A DNA stretch of 64,000 bases. It comes from a virus. Its lineage: Duplodnaviria > Caudoviricetes. The position numbers were made by a program, and so were the translations under genes. The notes below the pieces were generated by a model that did not search any database, was not told the origin of the DNA, and saw nothing but the letters and a program-made list of their open reading frames with translations. The stretch is taken from positions 178,081-242,080 of the IMG/VR virus record IMGVR_UViG_3300022555_000003. One strand, written 5' to 3'. This document shows, piece after piece, positions 28,492-38,627 of the stretch. The number at the start of each line of letters is the position of its first letter. Position 1 is the stretch's first letter.

Positions 28492-28659
28492 TTAATCCTT
28501 TTCAGTAATAACCTCTACCAATACGCCTTCTGGTGCAACTTTTGCTAATGCTCCCTCAATTTCTGCAATCAAGTTATTGTCGACTACTGATTCAACTTCA
28601 GAATCTCTGATTAATCTGCTGAAACGCACTACTACCATTTCTTCTACAACTTTAGCCAT
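28492..28659 (-). CDS. 55-aa hypothetical protein (missing from ORF track)
   Basis: MAKVVEEMVVVRFSRLIRDSEV...; GAGGA RBS; fills gap between genes. Confidence 0.6.
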   Translation of the reverse strand: MAKVVEEMVVVRFSRLIRDSEVESVVDNNLIAEIEGALAKVAPEGVLVEVITEKD

Positions 28660-28690
28660 TATTTATAATCCTCTATAATATATATCTATT

Positions 28691-30970
28691 TTAATATTCA
28701 GTAACAAGTTCTTCAACTTGAATTTTACTGATATTGGATTGGACAGTGATCTTTAACTCTCCGTCCCAATCCAATAGTAACTTTGACTCATCAGCGACAT
28801 TATCAAATAAGATCTTCTTGCTCAATGGAAGTTTGATTAACTTACTAACTTTGCGTGCTAATGGTCTCGCACCCATTTTATCATCAACACCAGTTTCAAT
28901 AATGTAATCAATTAACTTTTCACTAGCAACAACCTGGAACTTCTTTGCTGATAGTAAATTATTGATATCGTTGATCAAGCTAACAACAATCTTACGATAA
29001 CTCAAATTATCAAGCTTATTGAATGTGCAAATTGCACTTAGTCTATTTCTAAACTCTGGCTTGAAAAAGTCTTTAATTGCACTCTTATTGTTTTTCTTAG
29101 AACTTTGATCAAACCCAATTAAATTTTGTTCCATCTCTACAGATCCAAGATTGCTTGTTAAAACAATAATACTTTCTCTGCAATTTGCTTGCTTACCAAC
29201 TCCATTGATATAACCTTCATCCATCATTTGTAGTAGGATTAATGTAACATCAGGATGAGCCTTTTCAATCTCATCAAATAAAATAATGCTATTTGGATGA
29301 ATTTCAATTTCATTAACAAGCTGGCCGCCACCCATTGTGCTATCATCAAAACCTACATACCCAGGAGGTGCTCCAATTAGTTTTGATACTGAATGCTTTT
29401 CTTGATATTCACTACAATCAACTCTGATCAAGTGCATATTCAATTGTTTGCTCAACTCTTTACAAATCAATGTCTTGCCAACACCAGTTGGTCCAAGTAG
29501 CAAGAAGCTGCCAATTGGCTTATTAGGATCTTTCAACCCAGCCTTGCTGATAAGTAATTCATCAGTGATGATATCAACTGCTTCATCTTGACCATATACT
29601 ACTTTCTTTACTTCAAAGCTTAGATCTTTGATTTTTTCAGTTTGAACTTCATCTAGCTGTTCAAGAGGAATCTTAGTTGCTTTACTAATTTCTAGCTGGA
29701 TATCAGACTTATTAACTATCCAATCTGTTGCATCTAAAATTTTAAATTTTGCACAAGCACTATCAATTAGATCAATTGCCTTATCAGGTAACTTTAACTC
29801 TTTCTGATAGCGAATACTCAAATCAACTGCTTCATCAATGGCTTCGTCTGTAATAAATCCACCATGAAATGTTTCAAAGTAACTCTTAATTCCACGTAAG
29901 ATTTGTTTTGCTTTGTTTGGAGTTGGCTCAGTTAACATTAACTTACGGAACCTTCGCATCAAAGCTTTATCTTTTTCAAATGACTTTTTGTACTCTTCCC
30001 AAGTTGTACTTGCAATAACTTTAATTCTGCCCTTTGAGATAGCAGGTTTGAGCATATTTGCTAAATCTGGACCACCAGAAGATCCTGATCCTGCACCAGA
30101 CATTTGATGGGCTTCATCAATGAATAAAATGCATTTTCCGGTTACCGAAAGAGCATCAATGATCTCTACAATCTTTTCTTCAAATTCGCCTCTGTACTTG
30201 GTACCAGCTAACAAGGTACCAATATCAAGATTCCAAACTGTCCAATCTTTTAAGTAATTTGGTACAAATCCTTTAGCAATATTTAATGCAAGACCTTCAA
30301 TCAGACATGTTTTACCAATACCACTATCACCAATCAATAGTACATTGGACTTATTTTTCTTTGCTAAAATTTGAGTGATATCAGTGAGCTCTTCTTCGCG
30401 ACCAATAACAGGATCAATTTTACCATCGTTTGCAAGTGCGTTCAAATTGATACAATGCTTTTCTAGAAGTTCAAGAGCTTGATTGGTGTCCATCTTTCCT
30501 TTTTCAGCAGTTACTTTGTGTTCTTGATAATTATCTTCGTAAAATTTGATAAATTTTTCAGAATCTTCATTGGTAGAACCTAAATGCTTCTTCAGTATAT
30601 ATGCTGCATAGCTGGTTGTTTCTTGCGTAATGCTAACATAGATATCAATCAATCTAATATGATCACGACCTTGAAATACAACCAAATTAGCAGAACGTTC
30701 AATCACTCTTGATAACGTTGCTGTTTTAACTGGATTTGTTTGAGTCTGAGTATTCTGAGTAATAAGTTTTTGATCAGATACATACTTGTTGATTTCTGAA
30801 TGCATCTGATTAGTATCAACACCATACTTAGATAATATATCTTTGAAATTCTTGTAGCATGTCAATGAATACAATAAATGTTCTAATGTCAAATATTGGT
30901 GATTCAAAGACTTGGCATATTCAACAGTCTTCTGAAGTACTAAACTAAGTTCTGGATTTTCTCTTAACAA
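28691..30970 (-). CDS. clpA: ClpA-like Hsp100 ATPase
   Basis: Two AAA+ modules (GDSGIGKT/FIDEAH; GPTGVGKT/LFDEIEKAHPD), IGF ClpP-docking loop (NLIGFDQ), GARPL; 759 aa, no ClpB middle domain. Confidence 0.85.
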   Translation of the reverse strand: MLRENPELSLVLQKTVEYAKSLNHQYLTLEHLLYSLTCYKNFKDILSKYGVDTNQMHSEINKYVSDQKLITQNTQTQTNPVKTATLSRVIERSANLVVFQGRDHIRLIDIYVSITQETTSYAAYILKKHLGSTNEDSEKFIKFYEDNYQEHKVTAEKGKMDTNQALELLEKHCINLNALANDGKIDPVIGREEELTDITQILAKKNKSNVLLIGDSGIGKTCLIEGLALNIAKGFVPNYLKDWTVWNLDIGTLLAGTKYRGEFEEKIVEIIDALSVTGKCILFIDEAHQMSGAGSGSSGGPDLANMLKPAISKGRIKVIASTTWEEYKKSFEKDKALMRRFRKLMLTEPTPNKAKQILRGIKSYFETFHGGFITDEAIDEAVDLSIRYQKELKLPDKAIDLIDSACAKFKILDATDWIVNKSDIQLEISKATKIPLEQLDEVQTEKIKDLSFEVKKVVYGQDEAVDIITDELLISKAGLKDPNKPIGSFLLLGPTGVGKTLICKELSKQLNMHLIRVDCSEYQEKHSVSKLIGAPPGYVGFDDSTMGGGQLVNEIEIHPNSIILFDEIEKAHPDVTLILLQMMDEGYINGVGKQANCRESIIVLTSNLGSVEMEQNLIGFDQSSKKNNKSAIKDFFKPEFRNRLSAICTFNKLDNLSYRKIVVSLINDINNLLSAKKFQVVASEKLIDYIIETGVDDKMGARPLARKVSKLIKLPLSKKILFDNVADESKLLLDWDGELKITVQSNISKIQVEELVTEY

Positions 30971-30991
30971 ATTATTTTCTCCTACAATATA

Positions 30992-31020
30992 AGTATAGCA
31001 GGTATATCTTACTTAATCAA
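30992..31020 (-). promoter_or_regulatory. sigma70-type promoter for clpA
   Basis: TTGATT-17 nt-TATACT. Confidence 0.65.
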
Positions 31021-31749
31021 ATTAATGATTTTAAATTTTTGATCTTGAGTTAATTTTGGAATACTCACAGTGATATTTATTAACAAGTCTGAGCGAGACT
31101 TATTTGCCCTACTATATCCTCCACATTGTGGAATACGTAAAATAGTATTTGGTTGAGTGCTTTCAGGAACTGTAACATTAACATTTATCCCCAATGGATC
31201 TTTTATAGTCAATACAGTACCGAGCATTGCATCCCAAATCGAAATTGTTCTTTCACATAACAAATCTACACCTTTCCAAACGAAATCAGTTGGAGGCTGG
31301 ATTATAATATGAACAAACAAATTTCCAGGTGACATATCTTTACCAGAATTTATTATGTTTGCATACTTTATAACGTCTCCATTTTGACACCCAGGAGGAA
31401 TAGTTAAATCGATTGTCTTATCAAAAGTTTGTGCAGAACGAGAACAACCATTTATACTTTCTGCAATAGAAATATTGATTTGCACTTCATGATTGATATT
31501 TCTAAACTGCTGATGAAAGCCTCCGCCCATATTTTTGAAAAACTGTTCAAAAGGATTGAATTGGCTATTATGATTATTTGATTGTTGTGGTGCAGTCAAC
31601 GTTTCGTATGCTTGTTTTATTTCTAAAAATTTATCGTGATCTCCACCAACATCTGGATGATTGTCTTTTGCCAACTTTCTGTAAGCGGCTTTTATTTCTT
31701 CAGGAGTAGCCGATTGAGGAATTTCTAATATTTCCCAGGGAGTCTTCAT
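31009..31749 (-). CDS. DnaJ/CbpA-type co-chaperone (no zinc finger)
   Basis: J-domain HPD (NHPDVGGD), G/F-rich linker, DnaJ C-terminal domain. Confidence 0.9.
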   Translation of the reverse strand: MKTPWEILEIPQSATPEEIKAAYRKLAKDNHPDVGGDHDKFLEIKQAYETLTAPQQSNNHNSQFNPFEQFFKNMGGGFHQQFRNINHEVQINISIAESINGCSRSAQTFDKTIDLTIPPGCQNGDVIKYANIINSGKDMSPGNLFVHIIIQPPTDFVWKGVDLLCERTISIWDAMLGTVLTIKDPLGINVNVTVPESTQPNTILRIPQCGGYSRANKSRSDLLINITVSIPKLTQDQKFKIINLIK

Positions 31750-31777
31750 ATTAAATATTTATCGGGTATTATACAGC

Positions 31778-32170
31778 TTAGAACTTTTTAGCTTTTGGCA
31801 TTACTTCAGTGTCAACATGCGGGACTGCAATTTCTGCTGGCGGTTCATTAAACGGTCCCTGTTGGTTAATATCATTTGGATGTTCAAATCTATTATTATA
31901 TACTCCACCTAATTTTTCTTGACTCTTCCCCCAAGATGTAACTCCTAATACAGCGCCCATTGCCAAATGAAATATTCCACCACCTTGAACTGTTAATGGT
32001 TGCCAAGGAATATATGATTGTTTGGTGTGAAAAGTATATATGGATAATAATATAGGAGCAGCTAAAAAATCAAACAGATTAATAAAAACATAGATCCAAG
32101 CTAATGCTGGACGCCATGCATCATGAAAATGCATTTCAAATAAATGATTATGTTGTTTGTTTTTCTTCAT
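31778..32170 (-). CDS. putative holin (3TM/GTA-holin-like)
   Basis: WRPALAWIY motif, hydrophobic segments, position in lysis cluster. Confidence 0.55.
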   Translation of the reverse strand: MKKNKQHNHLFEMHFHDAWRPALAWIYVFINLFDFLAAPILLSIYTFHTKQSYIPWQPLTVQGGGIFHLAMGAVLGVTSWGKSQEKLGGVYNNRFEHPNDINQQGPFNEPPAEIAVPHVDTEVMPKAKKF

Positions 32171-32171
32171 T

Positions 32172-32960
32172 TTAGTCCTCCGGAAGTATAATATTATATT
32201 TATATCTTTCTAATGCTGATAAAAATCGAGATAATCCATGAGACTCAGTGAATTTACGAGGAGACATAAAATATGTTTTTAGTCTATCTAAATTAATTTC
32301 AAATTGATTATATTGTACTACATTGCCAAATCTATTAATATAATATGGTTCAGAATGATGAGCATACCCAAATATCAAACTTGGAGAAGAAGATACAATA
32401 TCAATATTATTGACCCATCTTGTCAATGAAATGTCTTCAAAATTTAGATTATTTAAAATGAAAATAATACGTGGAGATCCATAAGTAAATACATTAGGTT
32501 TTTTTTGTATAGATAATTCTGAAACTGCTTTAAATGCTAACAGTTTAGAAATAGAACCTCCCATGCTATGTCCAGTAAACCATATTTTTTTGTTGCCATG
32601 TAATAATAAAATAACTTTAATTATAGGCCAAATAATGTCTGTATACTTACCAAAGCCCGAATGAACTAATGCTTTGTTTAATTCACTGTGATACCAAATT
32701 TTTAAGCATGAAATACTTGGTATAGAATTGTTGTCAGAAACACCTCTAATAGAAACTATGATGTCATCTTCTAATTCAATAACAAATCCTACAGTATTTT
32801 TTTCTATTGGAAGTATAGGAGTAATAGAAACAAAATTATACTCATGTAAATTATTCTGGATGTGATCTATCTCGTTGTAACAGATTTTATTGATGTGAGC
32901 AAAAAACCATGAATTATACGCAAATGAGTTATTAGATAAATTTTTCATAAAACATACCAC
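32172..32960 (-). CDS. lipase class 3 (alpha/beta hydrolase)
   Basis: SIRG, VHSGF, FTGHSMGG nucleophile elbow, YTYGSPR-like, NNIDIV, SHG. Confidence 0.85.
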   Translation of the reverse strand: MVCFMKNLSNNSFAYNSWFFAHINKICYNEIDHIQNNLHEYNFVSITPILPIEKNTVGFVIELEDDIIVSIRGVSDNNSIPSISCLKIWYHSELNKALVHSGFGKYTDIIWPIIKVILLLHGNKKIWFTGHSMGGSISKLLAFKAVSELSIQKKPNVFTYGSPRIIFILNNLNFEDISLTRWVNNIDIVSSSPSLIFGYAHHSEPYYINRFGNVVQYNQFEINLDRLKTYFMSPRKFTESHGLSRFLSALERYKYNIILPED

Positions 32961-33012
32961 GATATGTATTAGTATTTATCTTAGAAAAATTAAAATATTG
33001 GTAGTACTACCA

Positions 33013-33513
33013 TTACTTTAGAAAGGGAATAAGAGTTCTTGCCAGCCCTTTCTTAGGAACTTCGGGTTGTTTTGTTGGTACAGGTACTTCTTTCTTATCA
33101 GTTACAACTTTAACTGGAGGCACAGGTTTAAGCACACTAGGTACAATTAATTGTGGATCATCTGAAATATTATAATATGATTTCAATGCAGCAATTACAG
33201 CTTTTTGTTGAGCCATATGACCTCTGATCTTAGTCATATTAATACTTAACTTTTCATACCCTGCTTCATTTAATGAAAATAAAATTGGTTGATATCCTTG
33301 ATCTTTTAACTTTGCAAATATTTCTTTGTAGTTATTTTCAGTTATAATAGACCATTGAACTCCATCTAATTGTAATGGTGTAAGTAATGGTAAATCTAAT
33401 GTCGGCCTTGGTGCCTGAACTACTTTGATTTCAGTAGGGCGTTTAGCGCAACTACTTAGTAATGCTGTACTTAAAAAAAGTATCTGGGCAAATTGTATTA
33501 GTTTGCTGTCCAT
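33013..33513 (-). CDS. putative o-spanin lipoprotein
   Basis: Lipobox LLSSC, Pro-rich, overlaps 3' end of i-spanin gene. Confidence 0.7.
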   Translation of the reverse strand: MDSKLIQFAQILFLSTALLSSCAKRPTEIKVVQAPRPTLDLPLLTPLQLDGVQWSIITENNYKEIFAKLKDQGYQPILFSLNEAGYEKLSINMTKIRGHMAQQKAVIAALKSYYNISDDPQLIVPSVLKPVPPVKVVTDKKEVPVPTKQPEVPKKGLARTLIPFLK

Positions 33514-33946
33514 TTTGTTCCTCTGGAGTTAATTCACTACCTGATAATATTTCAAAACATCTAAATTGATCTTTTGTACCAACATTTATTGCATGTTCAA
33601 TGACTGTTGGTTGAGCCAACGCAGCTTTACTTAATGTGGTTACTTCTCCAGTTACTTCATCTGTATGTGAGGAAAACTGTCTACGAACTGCATCAATATT
33701 AAGTTGTGTTTGAGAAATTGTCTTGTTGACTTGCTGACGTAAGATATTTTGTTTACTTATGTCATTATTTATTTGATCTGTGATTGCTTGCTGTTGCTTA
33801 ATTATTATTTCTTGTTTGGCAAGTCTATCAGCATTTTCAACTAACTTCTTTTGTGTATCTTTATAATAAAAATATCCGCCAAAAACTATAGTAGAAATGA
33901 TAATACTAACAATGCCGATGAGTATCCATTTAGGTGTGAGTAACAT
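33452..33946 (-). CDS. putative i-spanin
   Basis: N-terminal TM helix, then coiled coil; paired with o-spanin. Confidence 0.7.
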   Translation of the reverse strand: MLLTPKWILIGIVSIIISTIVFGGYFYYKDTQKKLVENADRLAKQEIIIKQQQAITDQINNDISKQNILRQQVNKTISQTQLNIDAVRRQFSSHTDEVTGEVTTLSKAALAQPTVIEHAINVGTKDQFRCFEILSGSELTPEEQNGQQTNTICPDTFFKYSITK

Positions 33947-33957
33947 AACAGTATTAT

Positions 33958-34503
33958 TTATACTAATCCAGCAAGCTTCTGTAAATCTTTACTACCTTGA
34001 TCTTCAACTTTTGGAGTAGTAATATTTAATCCAGCTGCTGTTTTTAGATCCTTTATTGGCTTTTCATATAGTCTACGATATTTTAGAGGACTAAGTGGTA
34101 CTAACTTATTAAAATTTTCTTGAGTAAAAGGAACATAATTCTTTTCTTTCATAAACTTAAAAGTCCATTTAGAAAAATTAATACCTGTTGCTCCTTTAAG
34201 ATCTTTTAGTATATGTGATATTTGATCAAATAATGTTGTTCGTCTTTGAAATTCTATAAAAACTAAAAAATTATCAATTCCTGAATCATCTTGTATAAAG
34301 TCTGTGTCATTGACATAGCTATAACCACTCTTAACAAATTCTACTAAATCTTTAGATGCTTGTTTATCACGCACTCCAATACTTACAACACAGTTCTTAT
34401 CATCTCGACCTGCACTACTTCGATACATATCTACTTCAAATTTTGGCTTGATAATATCGACTAAATCGTCTAATTCAAATCCTTCAAATAAGTTGTTTGC
34501 CAT
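33958..34503 (-). CDS. hypothetical protein
   Basis: Clean coupled ORF. Confidence 0.75.
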   Translation of the reverse strand: MANNLFEGFELDDLVDIIKPKFEVDMYRSSAGRDDKNCVVSIGVRDKQASKDLVEFVKSGYSYVNDTDFIQDDSGIDNFLVFIEFQRRTTLFDQISHILKDLKGATGINFSKWTFKFMKEKNYVPFTQENFNKLVPLSPLKYRRLYEKPIKDLKTAAGLNITTPKVEDQGSKDLQKLAGLV

Positions 34504-35045
34504 TAAAAATTATCCATTTCTTCTGATTCGTTTGATTCTTCTTCTGTATCAACTATACCTTGTTTATCGAGCCCTTGCTCATACGCTTTGTCGATATCAG
34601 ATAAATCTATAGTACTATTTAATATATCTTGTGTACCAGTTTGAATATCCTTGATTAATGATTTTGGTAAATTAATAGTTACTAACCAAACTTGCTTTTG
34701 TGCTAATTTAGGCTTTTTATTGTTTGGTCTAAAATCGCTTTGATCTTTAATTTTAACTGGATAAATTAACCAATCCTTTTTAAATGAAATCTTTGCGTTA
34801 TAGTTTAATAGACGTTCAGCTGCTGCTGGATCAGGCATCATTGAAACCGGCCACATAAAAGTACATATTACTCTATATTTCTTAACTATTGGCCCTTCAA
34901 CTAGCTCTCCTAACTTCCAGTTTTGAAAAGCATAAGTTCCCATTTCATCAATAACTCTTTCAAAATCAAGTAATATGTCCATAGAACTTTTTGACATTGA
35001 AACTTGTTTAATGTTGGTTATAATATCTTTAAGCTGTTGACCCAT
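34503..35045 (-). CDS. hypothetical protein
   Basis: Clean ORF, upstream ATAAATA and RBS-like sequence. Confidence 0.75.
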   Translation of the reverse strand: MGQQLKDIITNIKQVSMSKSSMDILLDFERVIDEMGTYAFQNWKLGELVEGPIVKKYRVICTFMWPVSMMPDPAAAERLLNYNAKISFKKDWLIYPVKIKDQSDFRPNNKKPKLAQKQVWLVTINLPKSLIKDIQTGTQDILNSTIDLSDIDKAYEQGLDKQGIVDTEEESNESEEMDNF

Positions 35046-35181
35046 AGTGTTTGTTCTCTTCTATAGTATTTATCTAATCACTCGTACAAAATATTTATGC
35101 ATTTTTTCTTAAAATTTAAAGTAAGAATACACGAAAACAAAAACAAATAAATACTAGTGACACAAGGAGTCTAAAAACTAC

Positions 35182-35901
35182 ATGTCCAAGAAGCAACAAC
35201 AACAACAAAAACAATCAAAACCAGTAACTGATAATACAATACAATTTGAACGTATCCAAAAACGTACTAGCATTGTACCCAGAAATTTAGTACAAGAAGA
35301 GTACTTAGATATGTTAATGGATACTCAAAAAGTAATTGTATTTGCAGTTGGCCCAGCTGGAACTGGTAAAACACTTTTATCCATGATGGCTGGTGTAAGA
35401 GCACTTAAAGAAGGCATTGTTAAAAAATTAATTTTAACTAGGCCAGCTATTGGAGTTGATGGAGAAGAGCACGGATTTTTGCCTGGCGATATAAATGCTA
35501 AAATGGCACCGTGGACTTTACCACTTATGGATATTATAAACGAATGTTATGATCATACTCAAGTTGAAAAAATGTTACTTGAGCAAACAATCGAACTAGC
35601 TCCACTTTCTTTTATGAGAGGAAGAAATTTTGCTAATGCTTGGATTGTGTTTGATGAAGCACAAAATTCTACAGTTAATCAAATGAAGATGGTATTAACA
35701 CGTATTAGTACAAATAGCAAAGCTATTATAACTGGTGATCTTGAACAAGTTGATAGACAGTTTGCTAAAATTAATGGGTTAAAAGATATTTTAACTAGAC
35801 TTCCTGACGATGATAAAATGATTGGAAAAGTTACATTTGGGCGTGAACATATTGAACGTCATCCGATTGTGTCGAAAGTGCTCAGTCTATACGGAGAATA
35901 A
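35182..35901 (+). CDS. phoH: PhoH-family ATPase
   Basis: GPAGTGKT, RGRNF, DEAQN, TGDLEQVD. Confidence 0.92.
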   Translation: MSKKQQQQQKQSKPVTDNTIQFERIQKRTSIVPRNLVQEEYLDMLMDTQKVIVFAVGPAGTGKTLLSMMAGVRALKEGIVKKLILTRPAIGVDGEEHGFLPGDINAKMAPWTLPLMDIINECYDHTQVEKMLLEQTIELAPLSFMRGRNFANAWIVFDEAQNSTVNQMKMVLTRISTNSKAIITGDLEQVDRQFAKINGLKDILTRLPDDDKMIGKVTFGREHIERHPIVSKVLSLYGE

Positions 35902-35908
35902 TCACAAG

Positions 35909-35938
35909 TGTAGGGCTGAGTTTTAATTCAGCCCTACA
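35909..35938. terminator. terminator hairpin between convergent genes
   Basis: TGTAGGGCTGA / TCAGCCCTACA. Confidence 0.75.
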
Positions 35939-35947
35939 CAAAAGTTA

Positions 35948-36325
35948 CTAATTATTTTCTTTACAACTGATTACTATTGCTAGTGTTGTTATCCTTTGCT
36001 CTATTGTAGCATGTAAGAATACCCAGGCATCTTCGTAAAATTTGCCTTTGAGACCATTTATACTTGCTACATGGCTTATATAATGTTCTCGTTGATTGTC
36101 AGTAAGACGATTTTCTACTTCGTGAATACAATCTAATGTTAACTCTCTCGGAATCCACTTCATCCCGCCGCCATAAATAGCTATTAATATCCACCAACCG
36201 TCCTTAGAATTCTCTTTTCCATACCAGCACAACGGAAGTTCGGGTTTTTCTTCCATTAGATTACAGATTATTTTTTTGTTATTTAAAACTTCTCTGTAAT
36301 CTACATAATCTAATTTGTCATTCAT
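35948..36325 (-). CDS. hypothetical protein
   Basis: ORF in operon. Confidence 0.65.
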   Translation of the reverse strand: MNDKLDYVDYREVLNNKKIICNLMEEKPELPLCWYGKENSKDGWWILIAIYGGGMKWIPRELTLDCIHEVENRLTDNQREHYISHVASINGLKGKFYEDAWVFLHATIEQRITTLAIVISCKENN

Positions 36326-36333
36326 ATTTTATA

Positions 36334-36705
36334 TTAAGCTACAATTTCATCGGCTGTAATATTAATTACATTAGGTACAACTACATCACCCTTTGCATCT
36401 TCGGTGTTTACACCCATTGCTTTGAAAAGTCTATCAAAATATCCAGTATAATTCTTATAAAAATAAGAAAAAATCTGTTCGTAGTTTTGTCCTTTGAGTT
36501 CACCTAAGCTGCATTTAATAACTTCTTGGTTGATGACATCAATAATGACATTACAATTTCTCATATCCTTCTTAGAAACTGTTCGTACGAAGTTAACAGT
36601 TTCTTCTAGTTGATAGTTCCCTTCTGTTTTCATATAACCAACTTCAGATGTTTTCTTAGCATCTAGCGGTGTACGAAAGTATGTTGCTGTGAGATATATA
36701 TTCAT
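36334..36705 (-). CDS. hypothetical protein
   Basis: AAGGA RBS, coupled. Confidence 0.7.
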   Translation of the reverse strand: MNIYLTATYFRTPLDAKKTSEVGYMKTEGNYQLEETVNFVRTVSKKDMRNCNVIIDVINQEVIKCSLGELKGQNYEQIFSYFYKNYTGYFDRLFKAMGVNTEDAKGDVVVPNVINITADEIVA

Positions 36706-36872
36706 TTTATCCTTTTTTCTAATTCTGTAATTCGTTCACGTAATACCTGGTTAACATCATCTGCATCAACTTTATAATCCAATAGATAAACGATATGATT
36801 TACGCCATAAGTTTTATGATGTTCTAAAATTTTATCTCGTATTTCAATGGGTAATGGTCCAATATTTTTCAT
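36702..36872 (-). CDS. small hypothetical protein
   Basis: Start moved to MKNIG (TAA-T-ATG coupling). Confidence 0.5.
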   Translation of the reverse strand: MKNIGPLPIEIRDKILEHHKTYGVNHIVYLLDYKVDADDVNQVLRERITELEKRIK

Positions 36873-36873
36873 A

Positions 36874-37602
36874 TTATTTCTCAAGAGCTGATAATTCTAC
36901 AAATAATGCGGCAACATTTATTTCTGGATCACAAACCAAACTTGCATTTACAGCCGCTTTTCTGATAATCAAGATTGCTTCATCTTTACCTTCTTCTGTA
37001 TTAGCAAATAAATCCAAATTTTGATAAGTCCATGTAATTAACGAATCGATTTCATCTGGTCTAATTTGTGAGCAAATTAAAGTCCTTGCTTCTCTAAATT
37101 TTCCTTGCTTAAATAAATTTACTGCTTCAACTTTGTAATCATTGGCATCTACTTCTTCAGATTCGCTAATAGTTAATTTCTTATCAATAGAATTCAATTG
37201 GCAAATATTAATGCATTTTCGTAAATCTGGATATGTAGCTTTTACATAAGTATCAATTGTATCAAGATCAAAATCAATATTTTCAGCAATTAATATTTCA
37301 GCTATTCTTGTTGTAAACGAAGTTAGATCTAACTTATCAATATGTAGGCATTGGCATCTACCTTTAACAGCTGGAATGATCTTATGAGCATAGTTGCATG
37401 TTAGAATAAATCTAGACGTCAAAGCATATTCTTCCATAAGCCCACGTAAGATACCTTGAGCACCTGGGGAGAGAAAATCACAATTATGAGTTAAAAAATT
37501 CCCGTTGTTGATAAAGAAGTTATGGGTTCCTGGTACCGATATATCAAAAACTTTAGCTTTTTTTTCAATTACCTTAATTGATTTTATTTTTAATTCGACC
37601 AT
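36874..37602 (-). CDS. clamp loader (RFC/gp44-like) C-terminal half preceded by split-intein IntC (40 aa)
   Basis: IntC MVELKIK...VFDISV..THNFF...LTHN followed by +1 Cys: CDFLSPGAQ...RFILTCNY...GRC. Confidence 0.9.
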   Translation of the reverse strand: MVELKIKSIKVIEKKAKVFDISVPGTHNFFINNGNFLTHNCDFLSPGAQGILRGLMEEYALTSRFILTCNYAHKIIPAVKGRCQCLHIDKLDLTSFTTRIAEILIAENIDFDLDTIDTYVKATYPDLRKCINICQLNSIDKKLTISESEEVDANDYKVEAVNLFKQGKFREARTLICSQIRPDEIDSLITWTYQNLDLFANTEEGKDEAILIIRKAAVNASLVCDPEINVAALFVELSALEK

Positions 37603-38596
37603 TTTCAATACCTTTTAACATTTTATCTAACTGTTTCTTATTATTTTCGTTAGCAGAAAACTGTTCTTTGTTAATATAAGTCAATATGTTATTTTCATTT
37701 ACCCAAATAAACTTAATATCATTTGATATACAATATTCTATCACTTTACTTATTTTGTAATTACATTCTTTCATTGTGTTTGTTGGTTTAATTTCATATA
37801 AAATCTTATTATATGGATCATAAAAATCTGCTATATATGTTCTGCCATTATTACTTTCATCAATATATGGTATCCTAAATTTTTCATATAATAGATCTGA
37901 ATTACAAATAGCAAAACATGCTTCCCAGCTACTTCTATACTTTCTTTCTTCATTATTAATTATAGCAAAAGCTGACCAATGAGTCCACGAATTTGTAATA
38001 CACGGAACAAATAAACCATTTGCAATTTTTCTTTTCATTATAACTGAATTTTTTTCAGCTGTAGATTTTAAATTACTTTTACCTTTTTCAGTCAGATTAA
38101 ACGCTTTCATTTTTTCGGAATTTATATTACCAACTTTTTTGGCACATATCTTTCCTTCTTCGGTTTGAAACCATATTTTTTTAGAATTAGAAATTTTAAG
38201 TCCAGCATTTGGATGTTTTTTTTGTTTCCATCTTTTTAATTTAGTACATGATCGGCATCGCTTCAATTGGTTAATTTGATATTGTTCTATACTATGTTCG
38301 ATACTGCATTCTATACATTTTTTCAAAGTCTTTGAAAAAAAATCGATATAATAATATAATTTATATCTACAATCTTTAATTACTTTAGCACCCACTTCTT
38401 GTTTCCATGCATTTTCGGTTTTATGTATTTTGGCTGGAAATAACACAGATGTTAATTTATTTTGTGTTTTTGAATAATTAATGGCTAATTCTTGTAATTG
38501 CTGATCAGTATAATATTCAGCAATTCTGTTTTTTCCTCCTAAACCATTTTTAATTGCTAATTCTCTAAATTTTTGTTTTTGCTCTTCTGAAAACAT
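37574..38596 (-). mobile_element. free-standing PD-(D/E)XK (TnsA-like) endonuclease between intein halves
   Basis: YRSSWE...LYE..RIPY...TYIADF...YEIKP; own late promoter TAAATA at 38620-38625. Confidence 0.75.
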
Positions 38597-38627
38597 ATGC
38601 TTGCGAGTTCCTTCACAAGTATTTAGC

